Assembly (NCBI GenBank): GCA_947490395.1
Contig: CANLGW010000002.1
Coordinates: 1 to 52,856 of the forward strand
DNA length: 52,856 nt
Source: Alphaproteobacteria bacterium
GTDB lineage: Bacteria > Pseudomonadota > Alphaproteobacteria > Paracaedibacterales > CAIOTO01
Direction: 5' to 3'
Below, piece by piece: positions 9,827 through 17,829 of this stretch; position 1 is the first letter of the stretch; the number at the start of each line of letters is the position of its first letter. The notes beneath the pieces are model-generated. The model ran no database searches. It worked only from the letters and a program-made list of their open reading frames with translations, and had not been told where the DNA came from. A program made the translations under genes and the position numbers.

Positions 9827-9842
9827 TGGCATAACATTTGCA
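9827..9842 (+). promoter_or_regulatory. sigma-54 (-24/-12) promoter upstream of flagellin
   Basis: TGGCATAACATTTGCA matches TGGCACG-N4-TTGCW with correct GG/GC spacing. It ends 50 nt before the fliC ATG. Confidence 0.75.
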
Positions 9843-9892
9843 CCTTAATGGGTGTACATGTAGTTTAACCATTCACAGGAAGTGAGATTATT

Positions 9893-11383
9893 ATGGGAAG
9901 CAGTATTTATAGTAATATAGAGGCGATGAATTCACGTCGCTATTATGACATTAACTCAAATAAATTGGCAAAAGCGAATGCCCAGCTTGCATCGGGTCGA
10001 TTGGAATCGGATCCATCTGAAAATCCATCAGCGGCAGCTGTGGGTTCTGTTTTGACGTCGACAATTATGGCGCAAACACAGGCTGTTGCGAACGTGACTC
10101 AAGCATCAGCATTGATTCAGTTGGCAACGGGTTCATTATCATCGATGAGTCAAATTCTGGTGACGATGAAATCACGTGCAAGCCAAGCAAACTCAGGTGC
10201 AATTAGTCCTGCACAACGGAGTATGTTGGATAGAGAGTACCAAACATTGCTAAGCCAGGTTGATAAAATGGCTAATACAACATGGAATGGTATTGCTCTT
10301 TTTGCAGGTGCAGGCGGTACAGCAACACGTATTGGTACAGCTGACTCGATTGGTAATGAGGAGGGAACGACAACAGCTGATATTTCTGGTACGGTAGTTT
10401 TAGCTGGCTTTGTGTCGGGTGCCGTTCGTTCTGTTGATGTGCGTGGGTCAGATTCCACAGCAGCTACGATTAATGTTGATATTGGTGGGCAGATTTTTTC
10501 TGGCAGTATAACATATGGAACAGAAGGTAATTATGTTTTAAGTAGCAAGAAAGACCCAACAAGTTCTGTTACCCTCGAAGTTACAGGTACGGGATTAGAT
10601 TCAACAAAAACAATTAAAGATCAGTTGTCGCAATTATTTAAGATGGATGTTGGTGCACCACTTTCATTCAGATCAGCGTCAACTGATTTATCAGCAAAAA
10701 TTACAAGTGTTTCATCAGGTCAAGCGGCATCAAAAGTGTATTCACTCAGTTATGGATATGACGAAGGTGCAGGGAAAGTAATTTATAAGTTGAGCAGTGG
10801 TGATAGCGTCTGGCTTAAAGAGTTTGATCCAAAAACAGCAGCTGATGCACTGCTAAATAAAGCATCACGTACGGTTGTTTTTGAAAATGGGTTTAAAATT
10901 ATTACAGCTGATAATAATAATGAGACTGCGCCATTAGGGGGATATGAAATTATTAATATTTCTGGTGGTACAAATGTATCGATGAGTTTTCAAATTGGTG
11001 AGAATTCATCCGACGCGCTTAGCCTCGAATTTCAATCGGCAACGACAGCATTGCTTGATATCAGTGGTACTGATATTTCAAGGCAAGATTCGGCAGCTGA
11101 TGCCGTTGTGAAGATTGAATCGGCACTCGCGCAAGTGAATAATATGATTGCGGGTTTGGGGAGCAAAAAGACTCAACTAAGCTTTACAAATCAGTCACTT
11201 AATTTGCAAATTCAGAACGAAACGGCAGCACGCGCAACCTTTACGGATGCCGATATCGCTGCAGCTTTGCAAGATTCGCAGCAATACCAAGCACTCGTCA
11301 ATATGTCCGCAAGTATTTTTCAGAATAACTTAACGATTCCGAAAAAATTAGCAGATATGGTTGCTTCTGTTTTACGGATGTAG
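9893..11383 (+). CDS. fliC: flagellin
   Basis: Flagellin-like N-terminal helix (NSNKLAKANAQLASGRLESDPSENPSAAAV...) and C-terminal helix (TDADIAAALQDSQQYQALVNMSASIFQNN) around a variable Ser/Thr/Gly-rich centre. Confidence 0.9.
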   Translation: MGSSIYSNIEAMNSRRYYDINSNKLAKANAQLASGRLESDPSENPSAAAVGSVLTSTIMAQTQAVANVTQASALIQLATGSLSSMSQILVTMKSRASQANSGAISPAQRSMLDREYQTLLSQVDKMANTTWNGIALFAGAGGTATRIGTADSIGNEEGTTTADISGTVVLAGFVSGAVRSVDVRGSDSTAATINVDIGGQIFSGSITYGTEGNYVLSSKKDPTSSVTLEVTGTGLDSTKTIKDQLSQLFKMDVGAPLSFRSASTDLSAKITSVSSGQAASKVYSLSYGYDEGAGKVIYKLSSGDSVWLKEFDPKTAADALLNKASRTVVFENGFKIITADNNNETAPLGGYEIINISGGTNVSMSFQIGENSSDALSLEFQSATTALLDISGTDISRQDSAADAVVKIESALAQVNNMIAGLGSKKTQLSFTNQSLNLQIQNETAARATFTDADIAAALQDSQQYQALVNMSASIFQNNLTIPKKLADMVASVLRM

Positions 11384-11410
11384 TGTTGCAATAACTATAA
11401 TGTGTGCTGT

Positions 11411-11457
11411 GGGTTGATTCCTTTCTTTTAACTAGAAATTAATCAACCCTCTTTTTT
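11411..11457 (+). terminator. possible leaky terminator after fliC
   Basis: GGGTTGATT (11411-11419) / AATCAACCC (11441-11449) followed by TCTTTTTT. The 21-nt loop weakens the call. Confidence 0.45.
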
Positions 11458-11472
11458 GGGGAGATATGTGCA

Positions 11473-13869
11473 ATGGCTGTTGAGCTTCGAAATGGCATGG
11501 TGACGATGCCGCCTACGATTGGTGGGAAGGCTGAAATTAATATCAATGAACTCGCGGATAATATGGCTGCAGCTAAAACAGCACGATCACAAGAATATGT
11601 TGAAAAGATTTTAGTCAATAATGATAAGGTCGTCGAAATTGAAAAATTGAGAGAAGAAGCTGCTGCATTTGCCGTAAATTTGCAAACACTAACGAATGAT
11701 CTGAGAAGTAATGTTGGTAGTGCCGCCTCTCGTCCAAATGCTCTCAATGGTAAAGCGGATATTCCAACACAGTATGATGGTGCTGTAACAATAGGATTAA
11801 GCCCACTGGTTGAGGCATCAGAAAGCAATTATGTTATTAATGTTTTACAAGTTGCACGTGTTGACCGTGTTAGAAGTGGTTTTCGATGTGATGATCCTAA
11901 CAGCGCTCTTAATTTTGAGGGCGGCCTTGTGATGAATGGTTATACATTCACTATTAACAATGAAACAACATTAAATGAATTAGTGAGTCAAATTAATTCA
12001 TTGTCATCGGACGTGGGGGTGCGCGCCTTACTTGTTGCATTAAATACAGGTTCTGATTATGTGCTTGAATTGACAGCGACCGAATTTGCACAGCCGATCG
12101 ATTTTGGAGCGATCGCTGGATCAACCGATATGCAAGGGGGGGATGGTTTTCAATTTTCAGAACTTCCAACATCGCGTGATAATCTTTTGGATTGCGTTGA
12201 CATCATTGAAAGTGGTTTTACGCTTGAAAATGCAGATACACCGTTGGGATTTGTGGGTACACTTGTTATTAACAATCAAAAAGTTAATGTAACGATAGAA
12301 TCAACCTTAAATACGGTTGTTGATGCCATTAATAAACGAGCAAAGACTAATGTTATAGCAAGCATTAAAACAATAGAAGGAAATCCAAATACGTATGCAC
12401 TTCAGCTAACAGGCACGGTTAAGGAAGTGCCTATTAGTTTAAACGGAACTATTGGTACGACTGGTTTGCAAGGGGTGGAAGGCTTGAAACTGCCTAATGA
12501 TAATACAGATGTTGATACACTAATTGCAAAATTTACGTATAACAATTCACCAGAAATCATGACACGTAAAACAAATACGATTGATGATTTAATTTCAGGT
12601 GCAAGTTTGGAGTTTCGATTTCCATCCACAAAAGATACGATTTTTTTAATTAAAGAAGATCGCACACAAGCATTTGATGCTATTACTGCGCTTGTTGATA
12701 GTTATAATGTACTTATTGATCGAATTAATGAACAACGAAAGATGCAGGCAGATGGTAAGACACCAGATCCAGCTGCAAAATTATATGGTAGCGATATTAT
12801 TGATTCTGTTGAACAGCTGTTGCAAGGTTTTACACGTTGCTCACCATTAGGTGTGGTGGAAGGTGACTATTTTAGTTTATCTGATATTGGTCTTTCAATA
12901 GGATCTGTTGATTCAAAAGCAGGAACTGTTGACCTGAGTCGAAAAATTGTCGTTGATAAGGCAAAATTAACATCGGTAATATACGGTAAAAATTTTGATA
13001 AAATTGTAAAGTTGTTTGGTCATTATTTTCAATCATCGAATAGTGATTTTAAAGGTTTTAATATGCCTGCTGAATTAAACTCAGAGATTGCAGGTAAGAA
13101 TATTTTTGTTGAATATGCTTATGATATAGGCGAATCTTCGAATGCAGATTTTGAGACACGTCAACCAACGCAAGCACTTGGTGCAGCTGTAGCTGGAAAA
13201 ACCGTTACGTTAACGTACACATGTGACGAAAATGGTGTATATACGGCAATGATTTCTGGCCTAACAGGGCAAACAGATGTTTCTGTTGAGGTTTCTGGCT
13301 CAACAATTAGTTTTCCTAAAAATTCACTCTATGCTGGCCTTGTCTTTAATTATACAGGCGATCAGCCTACTTTAGGGAATGAAGTGAGATCTGTTTTGAC
13401 GCTTCCCGAATATAAGGTAACGCTTTCAGTTGTAGGAAAACCAGATGTAGTTGTGCATGGTGTGCAAAATGATCATATTCAATTACCTGAAGGTTCGATT
13501 TATGCGGGACTTGAATTTGGTTATATTGTGAACGGAAATGTGCCTTTGGGTTTTGGTTCGCGCGCTAAAACAACGTTAGTGTTAACAGAAGGCATTACAA
13601 TTGGTACGGAAAGATTGCTGTTGCAAGCCGTTGCTCGAAAAAATCCAGGCGCAGATTCAGTTCCTGTGAGTATGTTTGATGTTGAAATTGATAAATTACT
13701 CAAAGATAACGATAGTAGTCAACGGCAAATTGATATGTTTGATCAAATAGCAGAGCAAACAAAAGAGAGTATGGCTGCACGAAGCCGTAAATATTATGAA
13801 GTTTCTCAAAAAAGCGAATGGGTTAGTAATTACCTTGATTTCCAATTAGCTAGCATGAAAGAAAAATAG
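11473..13869 (+). CDS. fliD: flagellar filament cap protein FliD (long, 798 aa)
   Basis: Lies between fliC and fliS. N-terminal coiled coil (INELADNMAAAKTARSQEYVEKI...) and a C-terminal segment (VDKAKLTSVIYGKNFDKIVKLFG ... YYEVSQKSEWVSNYLDFQL) resemble the FliD N and C domains. Confidence 0.8.
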   Translation: MAVELRNGMVTMPPTIGGKAEININELADNMAAAKTARSQEYVEKILVNNDKVVEIEKLREEAAAFAVNLQTLTNDLRSNVGSAASRPNALNGKADIPTQYDGAVTIGLSPLVEASESNYVINVLQVARVDRVRSGFRCDDPNSALNFEGGLVMNGYTFTINNETTLNELVSQINSLSSDVGVRALLVALNTGSDYVLELTATEFAQPIDFGAIAGSTDMQGGDGFQFSELPTSRDNLLDCVDIIESGFTLENADTPLGFVGTLVINNQKVNVTIESTLNTVVDAINKRAKTNVIASIKTIEGNPNTYALQLTGTVKEVPISLNGTIGTTGLQGVEGLKLPNDNTDVDTLIAKFTYNNSPEIMTRKTNTIDDLISGASLEFRFPSTKDTIFLIKEDRTQAFDAITALVDSYNVLIDRINEQRKMQADGKTPDPAAKLYGSDIIDSVEQLLQGFTRCSPLGVVEGDYFSLSDIGLSIGSVDSKAGTVDLSRKIVVDKAKLTSVIYGKNFDKIVKLFGHYFQSSNSDFKGFNMPAELNSEIAGKNIFVEYAYDIGESSNADFETRQPTQALGAAVAGKTVTLTYTCDENGVYTAMISGLTGQTDVSVEVSGSTISFPKNSLYAGLVFNYTGDQPTLGNEVRSVLTLPEYKVTLSVVGKPDVVVHGVQNDHIQLPEGSIYAGLEFGYIVNGNVPLGFGSRAKTTLVLTEGITIGTERLLLQAVARKNPGADSVPVSMFDVEIDKLLKDNDSSQRQIDMFDQIAEQTKESMAARSRKYYEVSQKSEWVSNYLDFQLASMKEK

Positions 13870-13880
13870 AAAGATAGCAC

Positions 13881-14438
13881 ATGACACATATACACCAAGC
13901 CTACCACTACAACCCCTTAAACGATACGGTATTACGTCAAATTGCTTTTCTCTTTGGCAAAACAGCAGATTTTTTGGATCAAAGTGCAAAACACCGAGAA
14001 GATGGTAACTTTGAAGAGTTTGCCAATATGGTGCAGCGATCAATCGCAATTATTCAGGGGCTTTCCTCTCTTTTTAATGAAGAATTAGCAACGTATGATT
14101 TTGGTATTATTCATCCTAAAACGTTAAAGGAGCCTATTCCTGTCTGCACATGGGATTATTATTTTATTATGACTTTACAAGGAATTAGTGTGTTGTTGCA
14201 GAATTACACTCCTGATCAATCGGCGCAGATTTGCAAGAATCTTCGTGATATGGAAAACTTTTGGGTTGATACCGATTATCAAATAGCAGAGAAACATTTT
14301 TTAGAATCACAAAAATCAGCGGAGATAGAGCAATTAATGCAGTCGGAGATTCGTCTTGAGCCCATTGATGATACACATAACGGTGCTATTTTGATAAATG
14401 AAATTACGTTAGGTCGCGGCCTTAATGTATCACTTTAA
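13881..14438 (+). CDS. fliS: flagellar export chaperone FliS-like (185 aa, C-terminal extension)
   Basis: QAYHYNPL...VLRQIAFLFGKTADFLDQSAKHREDGNFEEFANMVQRSIAIIQGLSSLFNEE follows the FliS helix pattern. It lies immediately after fliD. Confidence 0.75.
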   Translation: MTHIHQAYHYNPLNDTVLRQIAFLFGKTADFLDQSAKHREDGNFEEFANMVQRSIAIIQGLSSLFNEELATYDFGIIHPKTLKEPIPVCTWDYYFIMTLQGISVLLQNYTPDQSAQICKNLRDMENFWVDTDYQIAEKHFLESQKSAEIEQLMQSEIRLEPIDDTHNGAILINEITLGRGLNVSL

Positions 14439-14542
14439 ATCCTAATTATTTTTTTAAGGAAGAGGTGCGCATTTTCTTCTCTTACAATTTAAAGAAAATG
14501 CTTGCATCCGTTTAATGGATGAATTATAAATAATTATCAGTT

Positions 14543-14619
14543 CGGGAAGTAGCGCAGCCTGGTAGCGCGCCAGTTTTGGGTACTGGATGTCGGAGGTTCA
14601 AATCCTCTCTTCCCGACCA
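14543..14619 (+). tRNA. tRNA-Pro (anticodon UGG), CCA encoded
   Basis: Manual cloverleaf: acceptor CGGGAAG/CTTCCCG, D-stem GCGC/GCGC, anticodon stem CCAGT/ACTGG with loop TTTGGGT (TGG), T-arm GGAGG-TTCAAAT-CCTCT, discriminator A plus CCA. Confidence 0.95.
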
Positions 14620-14726
14620 GTTTAAGTAGCATTTATTTATGTCGATTGCCGCTGTTTTTATCAGTATAAATCGTGGATTCCTTCTTGCTTGTTTTGTGTT
14701 TTGTAATCTTAAGATTAAGGTTTTTT

Positions 14727-15014
14727 ATGATTCGTGCACGGATTTATCCCACAACAAAATCAGCGATGCAGTCAGGATCGGCGCGCCAGGGGACATGGAC
14801 GCTTGATGTTTTAGGGACGCCTGGTAGTATTCGTGATCTTGAAACAGCATGGAATTCGGCAGCAGATACCCTTCGCCAAATTAAATTAACTTTTGACTCA
14901 TTCGCGGAGGCAAAAGCATATGCAGATCGTCATCATTTATGCTACGTTGTCGATAATGCGAAGGTTATATCTGTGCGACGCCGCGCGTATGCTGAAAACT
15001 TCAGACGTCATTAA
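14727..15014 (+). CDS. ETC complex I subunit conserved-region protein (NDUFS4-like)
   Basis: MIRARIYPTTKSAMQSGSARQGTWTL... matches the ARIY-P-K-AMQSG pattern of NDUFS4-type alphaproteobacterial proteins. AAGG precedes ATG 14727. The ORF-track start at 14673 was rejected. Confidence 0.85.
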   Translation: MIRARIYPTTKSAMQSGSARQGTWTLDVLGTPGSIRDLETAWNSAADTLRQIKLTFDSFAEAKAYADRHHLCYVVDNAKVISVRRRAYAENFRRH

Positions 15015-15069
15015 TTATATGTGTAGTAAGAACGTATCGTGTCAAAACAACTATGCTTATTTCAGATCA

Positions 15070-15215
15070 TTTTGCAAGAAGTAATACCTTGTCGCCTATC
15101 GTCATCACGAGGAGCCTTTAAGCGACATGGTGATCCACTGGTTGTTTTTCTGGATGTCCATGCTAGTGAAGCTGGCTCGCTATGACAGTAACGTTCGCAA
15201 AATCAAGTGAAAGCA
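15070..15215 (+). repeat. divergent copy (C) of the composite palindromic repeat family; overlaps the 5' end of the ELM1 gene
   Basis: Shares TTTGCAAGAA, TATCGTCATCACGA, TGGTGATCCACTGG and TTTTTCTGGATG with copies at 29481 and 50948. Shares CCATGCT...GCTCGCTATGAC...AACGTT...AAAA with copies at 33093 and 42069. Confidence 0.5.
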
Positions 15216-16192
15216 GTATATGGATACTCTGTGATCAGGGGAAGATTGGTACACTTCGTCAATGTGAATCCCTTGCGCAGCCGTTTGCTAATAAAATGGA
15301 GGTTCATATACAGTCAATTGCGATCGATCTTCCGTTTTGGTTTCGCTATCTTACACCGCGTCTGACACGTTATTTACCTGAATGGCTTTTGCCAATGAGT
15401 GGATTTCCAGACAGAAAACCAGTGTTTGTTATTGCAGCTGGTCGTCAGGCATTATTGCTTGCAGCACCCCTTGCTAAAAAAATACCAACGATTGTTTTGC
15501 TTAATCCTAAATGTCCGTTATCTTACTTTTCAGTTGTTCTGCCACCAGAGCATGATAATGTGACGTCTGTAAGTCCACATGTGATTCAAACACGTGGTGC
15601 GCTTCATCCACATAATGCTGAATCATTTAGGTGTGGTGAGGATCATAAAATCAAAAATGTGTATACAGTTTCTGTTTTATTGGGTGGGGATAGTAGGCAT
15701 CATATCTACACAGAAAATGATTTTCTGATCATGGCAGCATATTTAAATGAAAAAGAATCATCTTATAGAAGTGGATTAACCAATTTTTCCTTACAAGTAG
15801 ATACTTCAGCTCCTAAAATACGATTTCTTATTACTTCTTCGCGTCGGACACCTGCATTTGGTCTTGATATTTTAGCAACGCATTGTGCAAATATTGATCT
15901 TACCATTTGGAATGGAGAAGGGAAAAATCCTTATTTTACTTATCTTGGTGTTGCGGATGAAATTCTTGTTACAGGCGATTCAATTAGCATGATCTCCGAG
16001 GCGTGTTACTTGGGTAAGCCTGTCATCATATGGCGTCTTCCTATTCAAAATAAGCGTTTTCTTCGTTTTTATGAATCATTGATAATACATAAACATGCAG
16101 CTTTTCATGATGTTTCCAAGCCAGATTATTTTACGCCCTTGCGGGAATGTGAACGGGTGTTACCGCAAATTCTGAAAATTCTAAAGATATAA
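15182..16192 (+). CDS. ELM1 (mitochondrial fission) family protein
   Basis: IWILCDQGKIG, VFVIAAGRQ, VLPPEHD, VSVLLGGDS, LITSSRRTP and WNGEGKNPYFTYLGVADEILVTGDSISMISEACYLGKPV follow the ELM1/DUF1022 pattern. Confidence 0.8.
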   Translation: MTVTFAKSSESSIWILCDQGKIGTLRQCESLAQPFANKMEVHIQSIAIDLPFWFRYLTPRLTRYLPEWLLPMSGFPDRKPVFVIAAGRQALLLAAPLAKKIPTIVLLNPKCPLSYFSVVLPPEHDNVTSVSPHVIQTRGALHPHNAESFRCGEDHKIKNVYTVSVLLGGDSRHHIYTENDFLIMAAYLNEKESSYRSGLTNFSLQVDTSAPKIRFLITSSRRTPAFGLDILATHCANIDLTIWNGEGKNPYFTYLGVADEILVTGDSISMISEACYLGKPVIIWRLPIQNKRFLRFYESLIIHKHAAFHDVSKPDYFTPLRECERVLPQILKILKI

Positions 16193-16236
16193 AATTTAAA
16201 GTGTTTATTTGTTTATAAATAAAGAAAAATAGTTTT

Positions 16237-16257
16237 TTTTCCACAGACTTATCCACA
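16237..16257 (+). promoter_or_regulatory. tandem DnaA boxes 1-2
   Basis: TTTTCCACA (16237-16245) and perfect TTATCCACA (16249-16257), starts 12 bp apart. Confidence 0.8.
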
Positions 16258-16406
16258 ACCTTGTGTAAAATTTGAGTGATTGGTTGAATGCGATAAGTAG
16301 AAGCACTGTATAGAATAAAATCCATGAAAAGTTAAGGAAAACTGCGCTATCTGAGGCGTGATTATTTTTTAGGCAAACCCTGCAAAGTTGAGGAAATCAG
16401 CCACTA

Positions 16407-16421
16407 TTAACACTTTCTTAA
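16407..16421 (+). promoter_or_regulatory. CtrA-type binding motif TTAA-N7-TTAA
   Basis: TTAACACTTTCTTAA(C), 4 bp upstream of DnaA box 3. The motif alone is expected a few times by chance in AT-rich DNA. Confidence 0.4.
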
Positions 16422-16425
16422 CGAT

Positions 16426-16460
16426 TTATCCACAGAGTTATCCACAGGTTTTGGGGATAA
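16426..16460 (+). promoter_or_regulatory. DnaA boxes 3-5
   Basis: Perfect TTATCCACA at 16426-16434 and 16438-16446, plus inverted TGGGGATAA (complement TTATCCCCA) at 16452-16460. Confidence 0.85.
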
Positions 16461-16873
16461 CGTTCGGAACATTATATAGTAAATTTATGAGACTGATTTT
16501 TGGTACTTTTTAAAAATATAATTTCTAATTTTTATAAAAAAATGATATTTATTAATTTTTGATCAACGATGATTTTTGTTTTGTGTAAATAAGGAATTAA
16601 TGAGATATCTGGCTGTATACTTGATTTCCTATGATGCCAATCAACAATATGTCTAACATCAGTTAGAGGCATCGTGTAAAGGCCTTCTGGGTATTTATGT
16701 GCGACAAACGCAATCAATGTTTAGTCATTTTGAGTTTGAGTAATTAAGTTTCTCTGTTCACAAAGGCTGAGCCATTTTTCGATAAATGATTAGTAAGCGG
16801 TATATATGTAATTTACGTGCGATTTTTATAAAAAAATTCAACTTAGTTATGTTTTATAAATTTTATGAACTCA

Positions 16874-16902
16874 TTGACAATTTTAATAAAAAATCATATC
16901 TA
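16874..16902 (+). promoter_or_regulatory. sigma-70-like promoter for the JAB-domain gene
   Basis: TTGACA (16874-16879), 17-nt spacer, TATCTA (16897-16902), about 75 nt upstream of ATG 16977. Such matches are easy to find in AT-rich DNA. Confidence 0.35.
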
Positions 16903-16976
16903 TGAAATGTTGTGAATAATGGAGAATGCATGGAAGAATTTTAACGATTTATTAGCATAAAGAAAGCGTATAAATA

Positions 16977-17774
16977 ATGAATATTGAAGATCTTATTTTA
17001 AATAGAGGAACCAGAGTATTTTTATCTGACAAGCCAAAGAATCTGGAGTTTTGCCTTATATTGTATGGAAGAATGAAGCAGTTAATGCTTGAATCTGAGG
17101 CTGATCGTTATGAACGTGGGGCTTTAATATTCGAAAGCAAAAATGGCACACTAGTGTTATCTCGAGCAGTTAAAGGTTACGCACCCAATGATGGAGAAAG
17201 TGCAAGTGTGTCATTGGATGCTTTGTATGCAGAATTGAATGGAATGCTGATTGTAGGATCGTTTCATACGCACCCATATGAAGCTTTATATGGGGCTGCG
17301 TATTCAATTGCACCATCAACTGGTGATATAAGCTTTTGGCAACGAGATTTTGATAATAAGCAGGGAGGAGTTAGACTAACAAAGAATCCACGAATTCATA
17401 TTGTTGGAACCAAAAGTAAAATTTTTGCTTCAGTATTTCATAATGCAATGCCAGCTGATAGTGAAATAGCAAAAAAACCAGGATTTAAGCTCCCCCCAAG
17501 CGATTTGGATTGGATAGATAACTCAGTACCAGAGTATAAGGCGGCAATTAAACAAGTTTATGTGAAAGCTCGTGATAATCTTGGTGCTACAGTAAATCAG
17601 CGCGCTGAAGCTTACCAAGAAAAAATTATTCCAAGTAGTTGGTGGAGCAAAACAAGCTATGCAGAAGAACACGAGAAGGAATCATACAAAGTATGGCAGA
17701 CGTGGAGTAAACTTAATGACACTTGGACTTATCAAGGTGACTGGAATAAAAGTTCAATGGCTCAAATTGTCTAA
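16977..17774 (+). CDS. JAB/MPN+ (JAMM) metalloprotease-motif protein with unknown Trp-rich C-terminal domain
   Basis: YERGALIF (catalytic Glu context), then GSFHTHPYEALYGAAYSIAPSTGDISF, i.e. H-x-H ... S-x-x-D of the JAMM motif. The H-to-S spacer is longer than canonical. No signal peptide. The gene looks more AT-rich than its neighbours. Confidence 0.65.
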   Translation: MNIEDLILNRGTRVFLSDKPKNLEFCLILYGRMKQLMLESEADRYERGALIFESKNGTLVLSRAVKGYAPNDGESASVSLDALYAELNGMLIVGSFHTHPYEALYGAAYSIAPSTGDISFWQRDFDNKQGGVRLTKNPRIHIVGTKSKIFASVFHNAMPADSEIAKKPGFKLPPSDLDWIDNSVPEYKAAIKQVYVKARDNLGATVNQRAEAYQEKIIPSSWWSKTSYAEEHEKESYKVWQTWSKLNDTWTYQGDWNKSSMAQIV

Positions 17775-17829
17775 TTTATTTCAATGGATTAAATCATATA
17801 GTTTGGCCTTAATATTCTAAAAAAATAAT

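Larger units (their letters stand above)
16193..16976. other. candidate chromosomal replication origin (oriC-like intergenic region)
   Basis: 784-bp non-coding AT-rich region with clustered DnaA boxes, a CtrA-type site and a stretch (about 16496-16575) that is nearly all A/T. Confidence 0.45.

Noticed and set aside
11428-11442. TTAACTAGAAATTAA, a TTAA-N7-TTAA CtrA-like motif 31 bp upstream of fliD.
   Set aside because: It lies in the loop of the putative fliC terminator. In DNA this AT-rich the motif is expected several times per 50 kb by chance, and there is no supporting context here, unlike the copy next to the DnaA boxes.
16532-16717. 61-aa minus-strand ORF in the DnaA-box/AT-rich region. 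It contains MPLTDV, which is reminiscent of P4-type integrase N-termini, and is preceded by two tiny stop-interrupted ORFs.
   Set aside because: It has a non-ATG start and no Shine-Dalgarno sequence. The similarity covers only about 5 residues. I saw no att-like repeat of the tRNA-Pro 3' end, and the ORF lies in the most AT-rich tract. At best it is a decayed fragment, which is not enough to call a mobile element.
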